Source: Lama guanicoe (lineage: Eukaryota). Taken from it: a stretch of DNA of 64,000 bases. This document shows positions 1 to 15,000 of this stretch, piece after piece. Under the pieces are notes generated by a model. It did no database searches. It worked only from the letters and a program-made list of their open reading frames with translations, and was not told the origin of the DNA. Within the stretch, counting starts at the first letter, position 1. The number at the start of each line of letters is the position of its first letter. The stretch covers positions 3,100,001 to 3,164,000 of the forward strand of contig MU054212.1 of assembly GCA_013239625.1 (NCBI GenBank), read 5' to 3'. The position numbers and the translations under genes were made by a program.

Positions 1-229
1 TCTGGTGTTCTTGACTCTTAGAGAAAGCTGAGAGATGAATACTTTGCATTTCTTCAGCTAAGTCGCAATAGCTCTGTTAGCTAAGTTTTAATAGTACAAA
101 GGCTTTCATTAAGCTCAATATTCTGCCCCTGGCTTTCGACTGAGTGTTAATTTAAGAAATGGAGACTTCCGAGGTCATCTGTGGGGCCCCTCATGAAGAC
201 TGCCTGCCGTGAGGCAGGCAGGGGAAGGG

Positions 230-430
230 GCTTTGGGGTTTGGATTCTGACTTTTTCATTCTAGCAGGAGGCATGGGCGACTTCTCTCTCTGTGCCTTTA
301 TTTTCTAACCTGTAAAGCAGGCATACTCATCTGTCTCGCTGTGCTGTTATGATGATTAAATTATCGATACATAAAGAGTTTAGGAGAATGCTTGGCACAT
401 AACAGACATTCAATATATCTTAGCTATTCT
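230..430 (+). mobile_element. MIR SINE
   Basis: Core CTCTCTGTGCCT...CTGTAAA and tail GCTTGGCACATA...TCAATA..TTAGCTATT. Confidence 0.7.
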
Positions 431-1339
431 TTTTACAAGGACTCGTAGGATACATTATTCCTGGAATTTAGTACAAAACAGAAAATAGTCACCCTTAAAG
501 GGTTGGTATTTTTCTTTTTACATCATGGCACATTTAATAGAGGCCGTTACATATCCTCTTCACACTTGCTATCAGAAATTTCAGAGTTAACTTTAGTGCT
601 TCCGTGTAGCGAATCTCTCATCTCTGACCCATGTACATAAGCACCATTCTGACTGTAGAGTTTATTATTCCTTGTATTTATCCTGCGGATCTGGATTTTT
701 TTTAAAGTTGAAATCTCCCTCCAATCCTTTTGGGAAGCAGGTGGGGGTACAAATGATAAATTCATGAATTTCACAATAATATGTTAGGAAGGAAACACAT
801 TTTAGGTACTATTTATGTCAGATTAATTTCTTGTGATCTGAAGTTTCTCTGTAACCCTGCATAAACGTCTCCATTCCTTTGTGAATAACTAAAAGCAAAT
901 TCAGTATTATTGTGGGAATGATTCAGTTCAGAAATGCTAATGTAATATGTTCCAAATGCTTATAATTAGAAATTGCAAAATGAATGCTGGAAGTATTTGA
1001 AAAGCCCAAATTATTTTCCACTATTCATATCACAGAATCATAGAATTATAGAACAGGATGTAATTTGTTTCCATGTCTCACTTGGTTTGACCAAACTAAC
1101 CAACTTAATCTTCTGTTAACCTAGTTCCAATTTCTTCTTAGAAAGGAGACAAAACTACTGTATTTTCATTGATTTATGGCATCAGAACACGTTTCTAGTT
1201 GGGTATTTCATTTGACTCCCTCTCAAGGTCAACACCTTGACCACTTGAAATAGAAGGCTATCAACCCCATGCTAAAATTTTTTGAAGAAGAAATTTTAAA
1301 GACCTTCACTGATAACTTTTATCAAGACTTTTTAGCATT

Positions 1340-2140
1340 CTGCTGGAGAGGGTGCAGAGAAAAAGGAACCCTGGTGGGAACGTAAGTTGGTGCAGCCACA
1401 ATGGAAAATAGTATGGAGATTCTGTAAAAAACTAAAAATAGAGTTACCATACAATCTAGTAATCTCACTCCTGGGAATATATTCAGAGGAAATACTACTT
1501 TGTGAAGATACATGCACCCCAATGCTCATAGTCGCACTATGGAACATGGAAGCAATCTAAATGCCCACCGATGGATGATTGGATAAAGAAATATATATAT
1601 GTATATATATACACAAACACACACACACACACACACAATACAAACACACACATATATACATACAATGGAATAGTACTCAGCCATAAAAAAGAATGAAATT
1701 ATGCCATTTACAGCAACATGGATGGATCTAGAGATGATCATACTAAGTGAAGTAAGTCAGACAGAGAAAGACAAATATCATATGATATCACTTATATGCA
1801 GAATCTAAATATAACACAAATAAACTTATTTACACAATAGAAACAGATTCACAGACATAAAAAACAAACTAATGGTTATCAAATGGGAAAGCAGGGCGAA
1901 GGGTGAATTAAGAGTTTGGGATTAGCAGATACAAACTACTATGTACAGAATAGATAAACAACAAGGTCCTACTATACAGCACAGGAATCTACATTCACTA
2001 TCTTGTAATAACCTATAATGGAAAATAATATGAAAAGAATATATCTATGTATAAATGAATCACTATGCTGTACACCAGAAACTACTACAATATTGTAAAT
2101 CAACTATGCTTGAATTAAAAAATGAACAAAATAAAAAAGA
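1340..2140 (+). mobile_element. LINE-1 3' fragment (ORF2 end + 3' UTR, A-rich tail)
   Basis: Typical L1 text (GGTGCAGCCAC.ATGGAAAA.AGTATGGAG, TACTCAGCCATAAAAAAGAATGAAAT, GCAACATGGATGGA.CTAGAG) ending TGTAAATCAACTAT + A-rich tail. Confidence 0.9.
1590..1662. repeat. (TA)n/(CA)n compound microsatellite inside L1
   Basis: Direct reading. Confidence 0.9.
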
Positions 2141-3269
2141 GTCTATTAAAAAAGGACTTAACATTTCTGTTCTTTCTGCAGGTTGAAGCTAAAACTCATA
2201 CCGCCACTGGGTAGAGAGAGGAGAAATATTTGGTAACTATGTGTTGGGTAACAGCCCACTGCAGAAAACCAGTAACAAACAATTCATTCATTCAGTCATC
2301 AGCCAATAAATATTTACAGATTGCTGGCTGAGTGCCATGTGGGTGCCAGATTTTCTTGGGAAGTCTAGGGACTGACAGGGTAGCGAGCTGCTTTGATGCT
2401 ACCCAGGGATCAGCCTGCACGCTCAGAGTTTGCACAAATAGAAGATGTATTCGAGTTTCTCTTGGGAGAAAGGGCCAGGCTACAACCATCTTAATTCCTA
2501 CCGAACCAGAGACAGAGGGCTGATTGCAGGTCTGGGAGATGGAATACATCCTCTTCAGCTCAGTGGCAGGGGAGGAGTTCCTAGGGATGGGAATCCCAGA
2601 GAGCTAAAAAACAAAACAAAATAAAACCGAAATACGACCCATGAGGGAAAGAATCAAGAGTAATCATTTGCCAGATTCAGAGAGCTCAAAGCTACCTAAC
2701 CAATATTTTTATTTGTTAAATTTGGCAACTCTGTTTGCCTACTTTTCCCTCTGCCTGCAGCTTAGTGAGCCATTATGCAAAGGGAAGGGGAGGGGACAGG
2801 GAAGATTAGAACAGAAGCTGTTCACAGCCCCTTCCTGGAAGTCAGGCATCTGCCAACTACAGATCTTAGCAAGGTGGGTGTGGGCACTCTTTGAAGAAAA
2901 ATTGAGAAACTGCTTAATATTTGGGGAAAGAAATTTTCTATGTTAGTGGATCTGGTTTTGTGAATTAAAGTGATCATACGAATGTCTTTTTCATATTAAG
3001 TGAGCAGAAAATCATGGGGATCTGCCAAATTTCCTTCCAGGAACAGGGGATGATTATCTCCACTAAATAAAAGTTTAAAGGAACAGAAAAAGCACAAAAA
3101 TAAATTTGTGTTTTGGTTCCGTCCACACCCACATCCACATGTCTGACGGGAGGAACACAGGGTATTAACAGGGGAGACGTAGCAGAGGCACCTAATAAAG
3201 GCTGGAGGGGGTTCTCCGAGGAAGCAACAGTAAATGGGGAGTGGAAGAGAGTAGAGGATTTCTGTGCAA

Positions 3270-5110
3270 AGATGGCAGATGAAAGATTTTTAACTCCCTC
3301 TCAAGATCCCTATAAAACAATTCTAAAGTGGTTTTTTAAAAAGGTATTAAACCCCAAAGCATAGGAAGAACAGAAAAGCAGGCAATAACTACAAAATTCT
3401 GTAACGTTGAAAGCAGATGGACGAGTGATAAAGGACCAGAGAGAATTGAAAGCTAAGTTCAAGCAGAGAAAGAAGAAATCCAGCTTCATTACTCAGCATT
3501 CACAGCTCAGAAATGGGATCCACCTGGAGCTTCCCAAAGTGGGGTAGTTAGAGAGGCTAATATGGGGAGGAACGATTGAAAGTTAGTTTTTGGAGTAGTC
3601 AGACTCCCAGCTCACCTTGCCAGCTCACTGACCCACAACCCTGGCAAGAGGAGGAGGATTTACTTTTTCTAGAGAGAGAAGCGAGGCCCCGCTGAGGATG
3701 GAGAAACCATCCTGAAAACAGAGGCTTAAGTAAATGTATGCACTACTGGATGTCAAGACCGTCCCCCAGCCTTCTTCCCACGTTTGGCTTCTAGATATTG
3801 ACTAGCCAAGCTGTCGCCTTCCACGAGAGGGATACAAGAGCTTTCTCTGGGGAATCCGACCAGCCTAGGGGCAAAGGTCTGCAGACGGTGGAGTCAAGAC
3901 TTCCTCACCTAAACAGCCCAGTCAGGTCACCCTGCACTGCAGTTCAGAGTTCAGAAGTCCCAAATATTTGTTTGGGGGATGTGGTCTCCACACTTAAATA
4001 TGAGCCATTGCCAAGGATAACCAGAAATCTGAGTAAAGCATCTGATATAGTACAAGAGGTCCAATATCTGAAGAGCAGGGGCTCCAGAAGAAAGAACAGG
4101 CAAACTGGAAAGCAGGAGGTAAGGGACAATTCAGGTAAATACACCAGAGTTGAAGGGTTTGAGTTTTAGATTGAGAAAGCTCCGTGAATGCCTAGCAACA
4201 AAACAAAACGGGTGGAAATGGACCCAAGACATATCATTATGAAATGTCAATGCACTAGGGGAAAAGAGAGGGACATACAAGCTGAGGAGACAGGGAGAGA
4301 GAGAAAGACAGACAGTCAGACAGACAGACAGACAGACAGACAGAGACAAGGAGAGAAGATCAGGAAACCAGTGGCATATTTCTCATCTGCTAGACACTAG
4401 AACCTTCAAAATTTCTTTTCTCAGACTATAATCAGTTGTCAGGATAAACAACCAACCAACCAAATAGAACAAACAAACAAAGAAAGCAAAATAAAAGAGG
4501 AAGATAAGAAACACCAGAGGGAGGCAAAGGGACTGTAAAGAAGACGGTGAGGGGAGATCCGAGGGTGGCAGACACTTCCTGGGAGAGGAGTTCACCAGCC
4601 CAGGCTGGAGCAGGTCCGAAGGCTCCAGGAGAGGTTTCCTCAGAAAGGTGTCATCAAAAGAATGGCATGTCTCAGCATTTTCAGAGGAGATTTAGACAAG
4701 TGGCGAAGATTCTGGGGTTGGACTGTTAAATACTTAGCAAATGAAGAAAACAAACCCGACAAAATTATTATAAACTTTCGGGGAAACCACAGCTCATGCA
4801 AGAAAGGCAGAGAAATCACAGTCAACTCATGGCTGTGTTGTGAAGAGCATGGATGTGCACACTGACGTGCTGGAAAGCGGGGAAGGAAAGATAATGTCTT
4901 CTTCTTCAGTGGTGGCAAGTCAATAGATGAATGTCTAAAGTCAAAAACTAAAGAAATCAAAGCAGCCATGCAAACCTATTATTGACAGGCAGAGAGGCAA
5001 TTGCTAAGATATTTAGTTAAGAAAAGTAAGTGATTGCCTTTCAAGGCTGAGGGGGAAAATGACAAAAGAGAATGGAGGGTATGATGTAGAACTATTAAAA
5101 TGAACATTTT
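3270..5110 (+). mobile_element. Old, degraded LINE-1 (L1M-type) fragments
   Basis: A-rich purine-biased strand with L1ME-like phrases (e.g. TTTAGATTGAGAAAG, CATATCATTATGAAAT); boundaries uncertain. Confidence 0.4.
4300..4348. repeat. (GA)n/(GACA)n microsatellite
   Basis: Direct reading. Confidence 0.85.
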
Positions 5111-5659
5111 GAAAAACAATTAAATTATTTTATGGCAAAAGGTGGAGTGATGGCATTGTGGTGGATGGGTTCACAGAGAGCTCCAGGCAGAAGAGAAGGG
5201 ACATGTGTAGGCCCTGGGTGAGACAGAGAGAATGGGGCTCATCTGAGGAATGGAAAGAAGTTCAAGGTCAGTGTGGGGAGTAGAGGAGTGAGAGGGGCAA
5301 GGTCGGCAGGAGTGAGATAAAAAGCTAGAGGACAAACAGGGACCAGATCATGAATGGATTTTAATTTTCTCCTAAGGACAATGGAAATCCAATGAAGGGC
5401 ACTTTTATCTGCAACTAAGAGAAAGATCAGATGAAATAAGGGAATTGTACTGTGTTGTCTCACATCACAAGAAGCCCAGAGGTAGGACAGTTAACTCAGC
5501 AGCTTAGTGATGTCATGAGGGATCTGGCTCTTTTCCACTTTCTCCTCTGCTCTTCTCAGTGTGCCCGGTGTGTCTCAGACAAGCCAGATATTGCTTCCTC
5601 TTCCAACAGCATCCGAAGGCTAGAAGGGGAAGAAGGTCCATGTTCCTTCTGTCTCTGTC

Positions 5660-6195
5660 TCAGTTACTTGCTGTTGCGTGACTGATCGTATCAAAATCAT
5701 TGTCCGAAAACAGTCACCCTTGAGCTTGCTTGTGGCCATGAGTCAGGGATCCGGGGTGGGCTTCGCTGGGCATCTCTGCTATTCTCTCTCGGACTCACAT
5801 ATTTCCTTGTGGTCAGTCAACTGGTGGCTTAACTGGGGCTGGATGGTCTCAGATAACCTCACTTACATGTCTGGGGCCTCAGCCAGGATGTCTGGAGCTG
5901 CTGACCTCCCTACTCCAAGGGGTCCTTCATCCCCCTGTTGACTAGACAGGGCTTCACGTGGGAGTCTCGAGGCAGTGTTCCACGGAAATGAGGGCTGAAG
6001 CTGCGGGCCTCAAAAGTCCCACAAGACCACCCTGCTACATTCTATTGGTAGAGCAAGTTAGAGGAACAGCCCAAATTCAAGGGAAGAGAAATAGATTCCA
6101 CCCCATGACGAGGAGGCCAGCAGAGCCATGTTGAGAAGGTACACATGAATAGGGATGGTGTGAGTTATTATGGCCATCTGTGCAGATAAATCTAT
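5660..6195 (-). mobile_element. ERVL-MaLR (MLT1-like) solo LTR
   Basis: MLT1-like phrases (CTCACTTACATGTCTGG, ACATTCTATTGGT...GCAAGT, CAGCCCAAATTCAAGGG, AATAGATTCCACC). Confidence 0.6.
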
Positions 6196-6620
6196 CCAGC
6201 CTCCTTTTGAGTAGAGAATATTTTCTCAGATGAGGTTAAACGCATTATTCTCAGGCCCTTTCCTAAACCAATCACTGAAGAAGGCAATTTAATTATCCTG
6301 ACTAGGTAAGCCTAATAAATTTGACTCCTTGGAACTGAACACCCATCCTTCTCTGGAGCCAAAGGATTCTTATTACAAAGAAATACGTGTGTGGGATTTG
6401 GATAGAAAAACAGTATCTTCCAGATTTTACTAACGAAATATAATTTCATTTTAAAAGATAACCGTTACAAGGTAATGATTTCATTTAGAAAATAACCTTT
6501 CAAGATGAAAAGATATGACTTCATTTTTAAAAGATAACCTTGAAATAGGATTTAATTTTTAAAAGGAGGTTATTCTTCTTGCTTGGAGGGAAGCAAGACT
6601 GAAGGCAGATAGACCAGTTG

Positions 6621-6841
6621 CAGGATTTCTCAGTCTCAGCACTGTTGATGTATTGAGCCAGATAATTCTTTGTTAGGGTGTGGAGAACTGTCCTTTGCTG
6701 TAGGATGTTTAGAAGTATCCCTGGCATCTACTCATGAGATGCCAGAAGCTCCCCGCCCCTTAATTGTAACAACCAAAAATATCTCCTGACATTGTCAATT
6801 TTTATCTAGAGGGCAAAGTCACCCCCGGTTGAGAACCCCTG
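6621..6841. mobile_element. MER20 (hAT-Charlie) MITE
   Basis: About 220 bp; termini CAGGATTTCTCA...TGAGAACCCCTG; internal ACAACCAAAAATATCTCC.GACATTG. Confidence 0.85.
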
Positions 6842-9800
6842 GGTTCAGAGGCTAATCCAGTTATGCAGGTGACTATTTCACTGGCCTGAACCAAAGCAGA
6901 CGCAGTAGGGATGGAGGCAAGAAGGATTTAAGAGATTTTAGATTTGGCAAATAATTGGATGGGGAGTGGGGACTACATGTAGATGGCTGCCATGTTTTGG
7001 CTTAGACAGCTCTATAGTTTGGGGTACACAAGAGAAGAAACGGGTTGAAAGAAATTCAGGTAGCTAGTTCCACTTGGGACATGTTCAGTTTGAGATGTTT
7101 GAAGAGCATAAATGAACATGTCCAAGAGACCTTAGAATAAAGATCTGAAACTGTTGATCCTTGAGCCTGGTCCAACCTCAGACATATTGTCTTTGCCTCT
7201 ATGGTTTTAGAAAAAAATACCTATGAACCAACATTTAAGACTTTGGAGCCACCATTTGCTAAAGATTGTCTAAAATATTAGAAGCTTAAGCCACACCGGA
7301 CCCGGATTCTTAGATGACAGAAATCTGCTGAGGCGAGTTGAATGCAATTGGTCCCAGGCTCCCCAGAACCTTCTTGACTCTTGTCCATCACTTGCCTGCT
7401 TACCTTTGGAATAATTGGAGTGTATGACCTTTGCTTTGGTTGGACCTTTCTTCTCTTTGGTAGAGACACAGATGTGGGAACCATTACCATCTGAAAGGCT
7501 CTGCATTATACCTTCTGTGTCCCTCTCTCACCCATATGTTTAAGTCAGACTTCCTAGATCTTTTAAAATATATCATTCATTTCCCCCTCCTCGAATTGAC
7601 AGCAGTACATGTCCCTCGCAGAAAACATAGAAAAGACACCACACATATTATCCAAAATCCCACAGTCCTGTTGGATTTTCTTGCTAGCTTTCCACATAGC
7701 TTTGGGAGTGGTGATTAGGGAAGGAACCACCCCTTTCTGCCTCAGTTGGGGTAAACTCGCTCCCACTTTTCAGCCCAGATCCCAGGGTGCTTCACCACTA
7801 AAGCAGAGTTATTTGTCCAAAATGTCAGTGGAAGAAAGATGAATTGGTTGGATTCACCTCTCTGCTTTTGTGCCTTTTAAGCCAAACTTTGTGTGTTCTG
7901 GGCTTCGCTAAGAAAAAATCTCTGAAACAATCAAGAATTCAGGCAATTAAGTGTTTTCCCAACACCAAGAAATTCAACAGTCAGATTTTATTACCCCTGG
8001 TGTCTCTCAATGTTTCAAGGAAACATTTTCCATTTATGTTCATGTATTATCTCAAATGCTTTTTAAAATAAGCCTTAAATGTATTATTTGTAGGTAGCGC
8101 TTTTAAAACTGCTTGAATAATAGAAAAAAAAATGACATGCCTCTTATAGAACAAAATGGGCCCTAGGAACGAGAGAGAGAGAGAATGTGTAAGACGGCAT
8201 GTAATGGTTAGAATTAAAATGACATCTGACAATTACTTTCAATTTGAACTGAGGTGAAGAAAATCAGAATTACAATACTCTTGTGATTAAACTTTGATGA
8301 GCTGAAAATGTCACCATTGTTTGAGGAGAATTTTTTATTAGAGTTCAAAGAATATGAATGATTTAACCACAATGTACCAACACCACAGGGCTGACTAATC
8401 TGTATCAGTTTTTCTCAGCTCGTCCTCGCTGCAGATCACTAGAGAAATCCCAGCAGCCCTCCTGTTCATCTGCCACTGTTTCCAGAAGATCGATCGGCTT
8501 TTGAAACCACAAGATCAGCCTTCCGTCCCTTGTGATAAGTTTTGACCCTGAAATCGTGCAGTAACTTAATACCACCAGTCACCTCCAGGAGCCCTGTGCT
8601 GAGACGAGGCTCATGATTGTTCCTTCTTAAAGAGATCAATTTTAAAGGCAAGATTTCTTGAGTGAGATGGAAGGAGCTCACGCTTTCATCCTGCACTTGT
8701 GGCTGAAGATCAGGATTCAGTGAGTCCCTTAATTCCCCTGGAGAAGTCTATTTCCCTTTTACATGATGTTTTGACAATTACAATGGAGATGAGGGCTTAT
8801 GTTTGCAGAGGACGATGCGTAGTGCAGTTCTCTGTGGGGCACTGATACCACACAGGACAACCGAGGTGCTAATTACAGCACAGGGTGACAAGAACGCGCT
8901 AACTCAGCACCAGGACTTTGCTCTGCACGGAGCAAATGCTGTCCTAGCAGGTTCTGGGTGGCGTCAGGAGAGCCAGGAGCCCCACCGCGTACCTTGCTGT
9001 TACTGAGGGACTCCTGCCCCCCCGCCCTTTCCTCCCTCTCCGGGAGCCCAACATTTAAATGGACTTTAATTTACCAGTCACTGGTGGTACATCTCTATTA
9101 CTTTCAAAGATTTTTGTCTTCTGAGAATCTAAGTCAAAATATTCTGGGATTTAAGCTACAATTCTGTAGTTTGGACACAGGGAAGTTAGTGCTGGCTGTG
9201 TTCCTTCTATTCATTTCCCGGAGCTGTTGCCGTTGTAATAATGTTACAACTTGGTCCACTCAGTAATCTCAATATCTTTATTTGATTTGATTTCTTACAA
9301 ATACAGTCTGTCAACTTTGTAGATTTATCCAGAGTAAGTTAATCATACACTAGTTCAATTTATTACCAAACACCATTTTGTTGATTCCCCAACTAAAACT
9401 TTATTTTATTTAAATACAGCTACTACATCTTTAATAAATAAATGTAATTTATTAAAATTTTCAATAGAGCCTTCAACAAGATAGGTGCTTAAACATCTAC
9501 ATTGATTGGGTGATTAATAGGTGAAAGGGAATTAAAATGACCTGGCTTAATGAAGGTCAAAGATAAATTGTCAAAGAAGGTAAATTAAAGACCAGCTAAG
9601 CAATTTGAGCTAAAAAAGTGGGAGGTACGTTGTAAAACCAGTCTCTGGTCAAGAAAAGAAAGTGAATTCTCGCCCATTTAAAGTCCCTTTCAAAAATACT
9701 TTGGTAAGTTTGGCTGGCCTGTCTTTGTGGCATTTGCCCTTGAGGGTTTAGATCTTCCTTCAGGGGTGATCAAAACGATAACCAGAGGTTAAGTCATGAA

Positions 9801-12034
9801 TGACTGAGAGGTTCAAACATGCTGCAGTCTGTATCGGCTGTGTAAGCATCAAAGGCTTGGATAAAGCAGGTATGAATGTTGGAACAAGTGGGGGCCTAAA
9901 GCACCCCAGGTAAGAGACAGCACAGGGCAGTGGCTGAGAGCAGGGTCTACAGTTACTGTTGTTATTGAAATGCGGGAGACTTTACCAGTAACTTTGCAGT
10001 TAACCCTCAACTCTCTTTTCTGGACCAAATGAAAAATATCTTCAGTAGTGCTCTTTCTAATATTTTCCTTAAAAGATCAATTACACATTTCCTAAATTAC
10101 CCAAAGTATCCTAAAGTAAACCCATTGTAACAGTCCACCCTACTCTTTGATTTAAGATCTTTTCTAAGCTCTGTAATACTTGCTCCAGGTCTGTAGTACA
10201 TAATTTATTGCCCCTTGTTGGTATTATACATGAAGATTTCCCGCAGTATGGCTAGAATATATTTATTGCCACTTAAGGAAAGATGGCTGATGGGAAACTG
10301 GGCTGAGGGATGAATGGGAGAACTTAATGTGATCTGAGAATTAATTTAAGGAACTGGGATTAGTGGGGATGTGGGCTCCAGGTTTTGCTTTACTACTAGG
10401 TAAAATTCTGGGTAATTTACTTAATTTTCTTTGACACTCGGATTCCTCATCTTTAGAGATGAGAATGATAGTAATGCTTGCCCCACAATGAGCTTTGAAG
10501 AGTAACTCATTGAGACTAATATTTTAAATTCTAAAGCCCAATATATACTCATAATTGATAATTATTCTAATTCGTGAATTCCTCCTCTGTCATTCTGAAC
10601 TTTGGCCAATGTTTTTATAAGGGAAAAAGGAATACAAGCTATGATTTCTATCTGTTCACAGATTAACTTAATTCCTCCAAATTGGAGAATTTCTTCCATC
10701 CATCCATCCATCTTGCATTTATTGAGCGCTAGCTACGTACTATCACTGTGTTATGCACAAAGGTTGCAAACATCAAGATCACGGTTTCTCAGAGACTTCT
10801 GAACATTGGGAGGTAGCAGAACTTGACTCAGCTTTTTTTTCTTTTCAGGTCTCTTTAAACTTAAGGAGTGAAAAGATAAAAAAACTAAAAAACAGTAAGA
10901 ATTAATTCAGGTGACATATTGTTCTGGATATTTTCCAAGCAGGGTAATTACCTAAAATCAGGCTGACTTTTATTCTCTAGTTTCCTAGGCTTATTAAAAT
11001 ACTTTTTGTGCTGAAATACTCATTGAGTTAAATTTCATCTAACATCTGGCCATCGTATAAATATAGCAATGAAAACATGTCTTGTTGCTTATGCATTAGG
11101 TATAAATTTTAGAAACCCAATTACTGTTTCATTCTTTCTGTGCATTTTCCCTTTTATTTTCTTTAGTGTTGGAGCTAATTTGGGGTTCTTAATAGGAACT
11201 ATATTAAGCATTCAAATATTTTGCACACACCTATACAGCGAAAACCAACTAGACTGAGGTATAGTGCTTTGTAGCATTTGCTAATGATTGTGAGATGTTC
11301 CTGAAGTTCTTTATTCATTTACGCAACAAGCATTTATTGAGTTGAAGCCTAGTCCTCAGTGTTGAGGGTGGAGAATACAGAATAAATAAGACGCAGTCTT
11401 AGCCCTTAAGGAGTTTAAAACCTCGTAGGGGAGACAGATACCTACACAAATGATTTCACTACAACGTGATAAATGTGGTAAGAGAGGTAGACATCCACCT
11501 GGATCCTCAGGCATCATTCACCACTCTTCCGATGTGTTGGATGTTACATTAATGACTGTCCTCAATCCTTGCCTGCGGGTCTGTATCCTCTCAAAATTGA
11601 GAGATTCAACCCAACAACTCAAGGGAGTAAACCAGTACTCACTGAGCCTCCGTTATCCGTCTGGGTAGGCAGAATTTGCCAAAAACCCTAAGGACAGATC
11701 ATCTATTTAGCGATACCAGCCTCATCTGAGCCACAGTGGCTTGAGTCTTCACTTCTGGACTGTCTAATGACAGCCAATATTCAGTGTTCTATTTTGCATA
11801 GATGTGGACATTTAGGATTAAGCCCATGAAAACACAATGTTCACTGTTGACACCAGGGTATGTACTCTGCATGCTCTCAAAAATGCGTTTTACTATATGG
11901 ATTGCACCACCATTTCATTTGGTGTTGATTGGACTCAAATATCTAAACCTTCCGGTCATTCTAAATGATGCTCTTAGAATAGAAGTTGCAAAAGCTATGA
12001 ACGAATTTTTGAGACCATCAAACACGATGCTTCC

Positions 12035-15000
12035 CTTTTAAAACATTAAAAAGTTTATTTGCAAAAGCTTAGTAATATGAAATACAACATAATTCATGGA
12101 AATCAACCAGAATGCTAATACGTTAATAGATTATTCCAAATACTAGACATTACAGTTTCAACCTCCTTACCATTAGCTCTAATATTGGAATAACGTTTCA
12201 GTTAATAAATAATTGTGAATATAACCATATGTTCAGTTTATTCTCACCAGTTTATCTCGAACTACAATTTTGTGATTTGGGTCATAAAAATGATAAACAA
12301 TTGTTTATATAGTTTCATAAATTGCATGTTTATTTAATTAATCCTGAAGAGAATCTAGAAATATATTCTGATGGGTTATTTAAATTCGGTGTATTTTTTA
12401 GCTCTTGGATTTTTAACATGCCTGGGTAACACTATAATTGCTCTTGAGTTTAATATTCTGTGCACATGTTGTGTAACATTTAGTTGATATGTGTTTTCAC
12501 AGGCTGTTGTCATTTGCCGAAGTGAGTGGCCATAGTTTTTAAGCACTGAATTAAATGTCTTCCATGTATTTCAGAGAATTATGGGTTTCAAAAGTTACTG
12601 CTGTTATGGAGTGATCTATAAAGTGTTGTAACACCAACGCAAACACACACGATTTGTGGTAAAGAGAGTGAGTTTTGTTATATTATATATTCCGGATACT
12701 AAATACCTCTGGCCTAATAATTTCAATGCCATCGACATATTAGGAAAGACAGAATTACCTTCAGGTACAAACTATTCTGAGTTTGCATATCCTTCAGTGC
12801 TTATAAGGAGAACTTACATGGGCTTTCTATTGTTTGATAAGTTTGTCTATTGCGCTCAGCTGTCACAAAGGCAATCTCCTCTGTCAAGTGTCCATCACGT
12901 ATGGGAACAGTGTCAACAAAGAGCAACAAAGAGCCTCTCTGGGATTGATGTCAGCATTTGAATCTGCTGTTCTATTTTGGAATTTTCTGGTTCATTATCG
13001 AGTTTAAACCAGTAAGTGAGTTGCCTGGTTTCACGGTCTAAAATTTGTGCTATTTGAAATCGGTCCACACTGCTAAAAATCAGATAGCTTAATTCCATCA
13101 TATGTGTTACTGAAATATTTCTAATCTCCTTGTAAAATTTTCAAGACTGAGCTGCAGCTAAAGCCAGCACCTACCAACGGCATTAGGGAGAGGGTCAGAC
13201 GAAAGAAAGAAAGAATCAAAATTTATGCCAAACATCAAATGGCAGCAACAAAGCGTAGGAATCCTACATTTAAGTAACTGTTTAGATACCAGAAAATACT
13301 TCCTTCCAGTGGAAAAGTTTAGGACTCCTTGAAGAAATTATCATCTCCTATAAAATGAAAACATACATTCAAATTCTGGGTCCCCAAATTTTAAGAAAGC
13401 CCTGAAAACTTAAAAAATGACTCTTCACCCTTTGTACTCGTTTGCCCAACTCTACACTTCTGCAGATTGGGGACCACCTTACAGTTTGGGGGTGCTTGTA
13501 CTTCTCCTTAGGGAAGAGATGGTTGGCACTGTTTCCTGGCTGGCTATAATTCATTTATGTCCCTCCAGTTTTTCTCTCTGATCTCTTTTCTGTATATCTG
13601 TCAGCAGCGCTCTCCTGGGAGCAGTGCGATGCATTTCATTAATAAGACAGGATTAAAGGAAAAAGCCCCAGTCTCCTAACACACTTGGATAATTTGGTGC
13701 CATTCACCAGGCAATAGACCCCTGCTGCAGAGATGTCATTAGAAAGGTACAATTTCATTACTTTTTACTAGCAGAGCCTTGAGTAAAATACAAAAATATG
13801 TTGTCTCCTATGCGGGAAAAGAAAAGTGCGAAAGCTTTCATTTGCTGCGTGCCCCTAAAATAGCAGAATGCAAAAATATATTTTATAGTTTTTACATTTA
13901 TATTGTCTTCCCTTAGTAGTCCTTGAAATCCTGCTTTTATTAAACGTTGAGCAAAATAAAGACTAAAAGAAAATTATTTATATTCTTAAATCACATATGA
14001 AATTTACATGTATTTTTCTTAAGTAACACACTTGTTTTAGAATACCTACTATGTGCCAGGTACTCTGTTCGTTGATGGAAAACAGTAAAAACATCATTTA
14101 TGAGTTGTTTTTCTTCCAGCACTAACTTAGTGAATGCTCTAACCGGAAAAGGGTGTAAAAGTGAGTGTATAGGAAGTAAACCATATGGCTGGATAAAAAC
14201 GATCATGGGCCAGTAAAATGGTAAGTGTATTCGGAAAACCTATTTCATTTTTCCCTTACTAACCGATTTTTGAACTGACTATTGGCCAATGGTTGATAGT
14301 ATTATCCTTTGAGCCGAACCACCCCCAGTTTTAAGCCTTTAGTGGTACACTGCAAACATCTGAAAAGATGGGCATAAATCATCCTTAGAAATGCACCCTA
14401 GATCCTACAGATTCTGCCCCCAACAAGAAGCAAGGGGCCTCAGTGGTGGAGGTTGTGGTCGGCCCCCTCGCTGCAAAAGGGGCCTGGGATTTAGGCACCT
14501 GCCAAAAAGATGCCAGTGGGACTCCCAGGCGCTACCCTGGCGTATGTCTCTCTGGGAACCTCATGCATTACTTTCCTAGCACCGAAGAGAATCAGATTTA
14601 ATAGTGGTCCATTATCTCACTGCCACAGACACACAACTGCCATTAGCACTAAAAGGTGGTGCACAGTTCCAACTGTGGAACTGTGCATGGGAGAAGAAAG
14701 CCCTTGATTATCAGCTATTTACAAGCTACTCTGTGCAGTGATAGGTTTTTGCTTTCCTATTAGCTTTTGTTCAGTGGAATTGACTTTTGCGGCTCTTTGT
14801 CTAAGACAGAGGCTAGACTAGACAGTTAAGATGGTAGAAACCGGGGTTTCCAGAGATCATTTTACTGACATGAGGCAAAGCAGTAGAGGGAAAAAACAAG
14901 CTATTTTGACAAATAAATGAGCCAGTAATAAAAAGACTTAAAAAAATGGGCTAGGTTACATGTACTACCTTCTACAAATGAAAGACTGGTCACCTAGTCA

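Noticed and set aside
1322..1741. Short minus-strand ORFs
   Set aside because: Antisense translations of an L1 3' fragment and microsatellite
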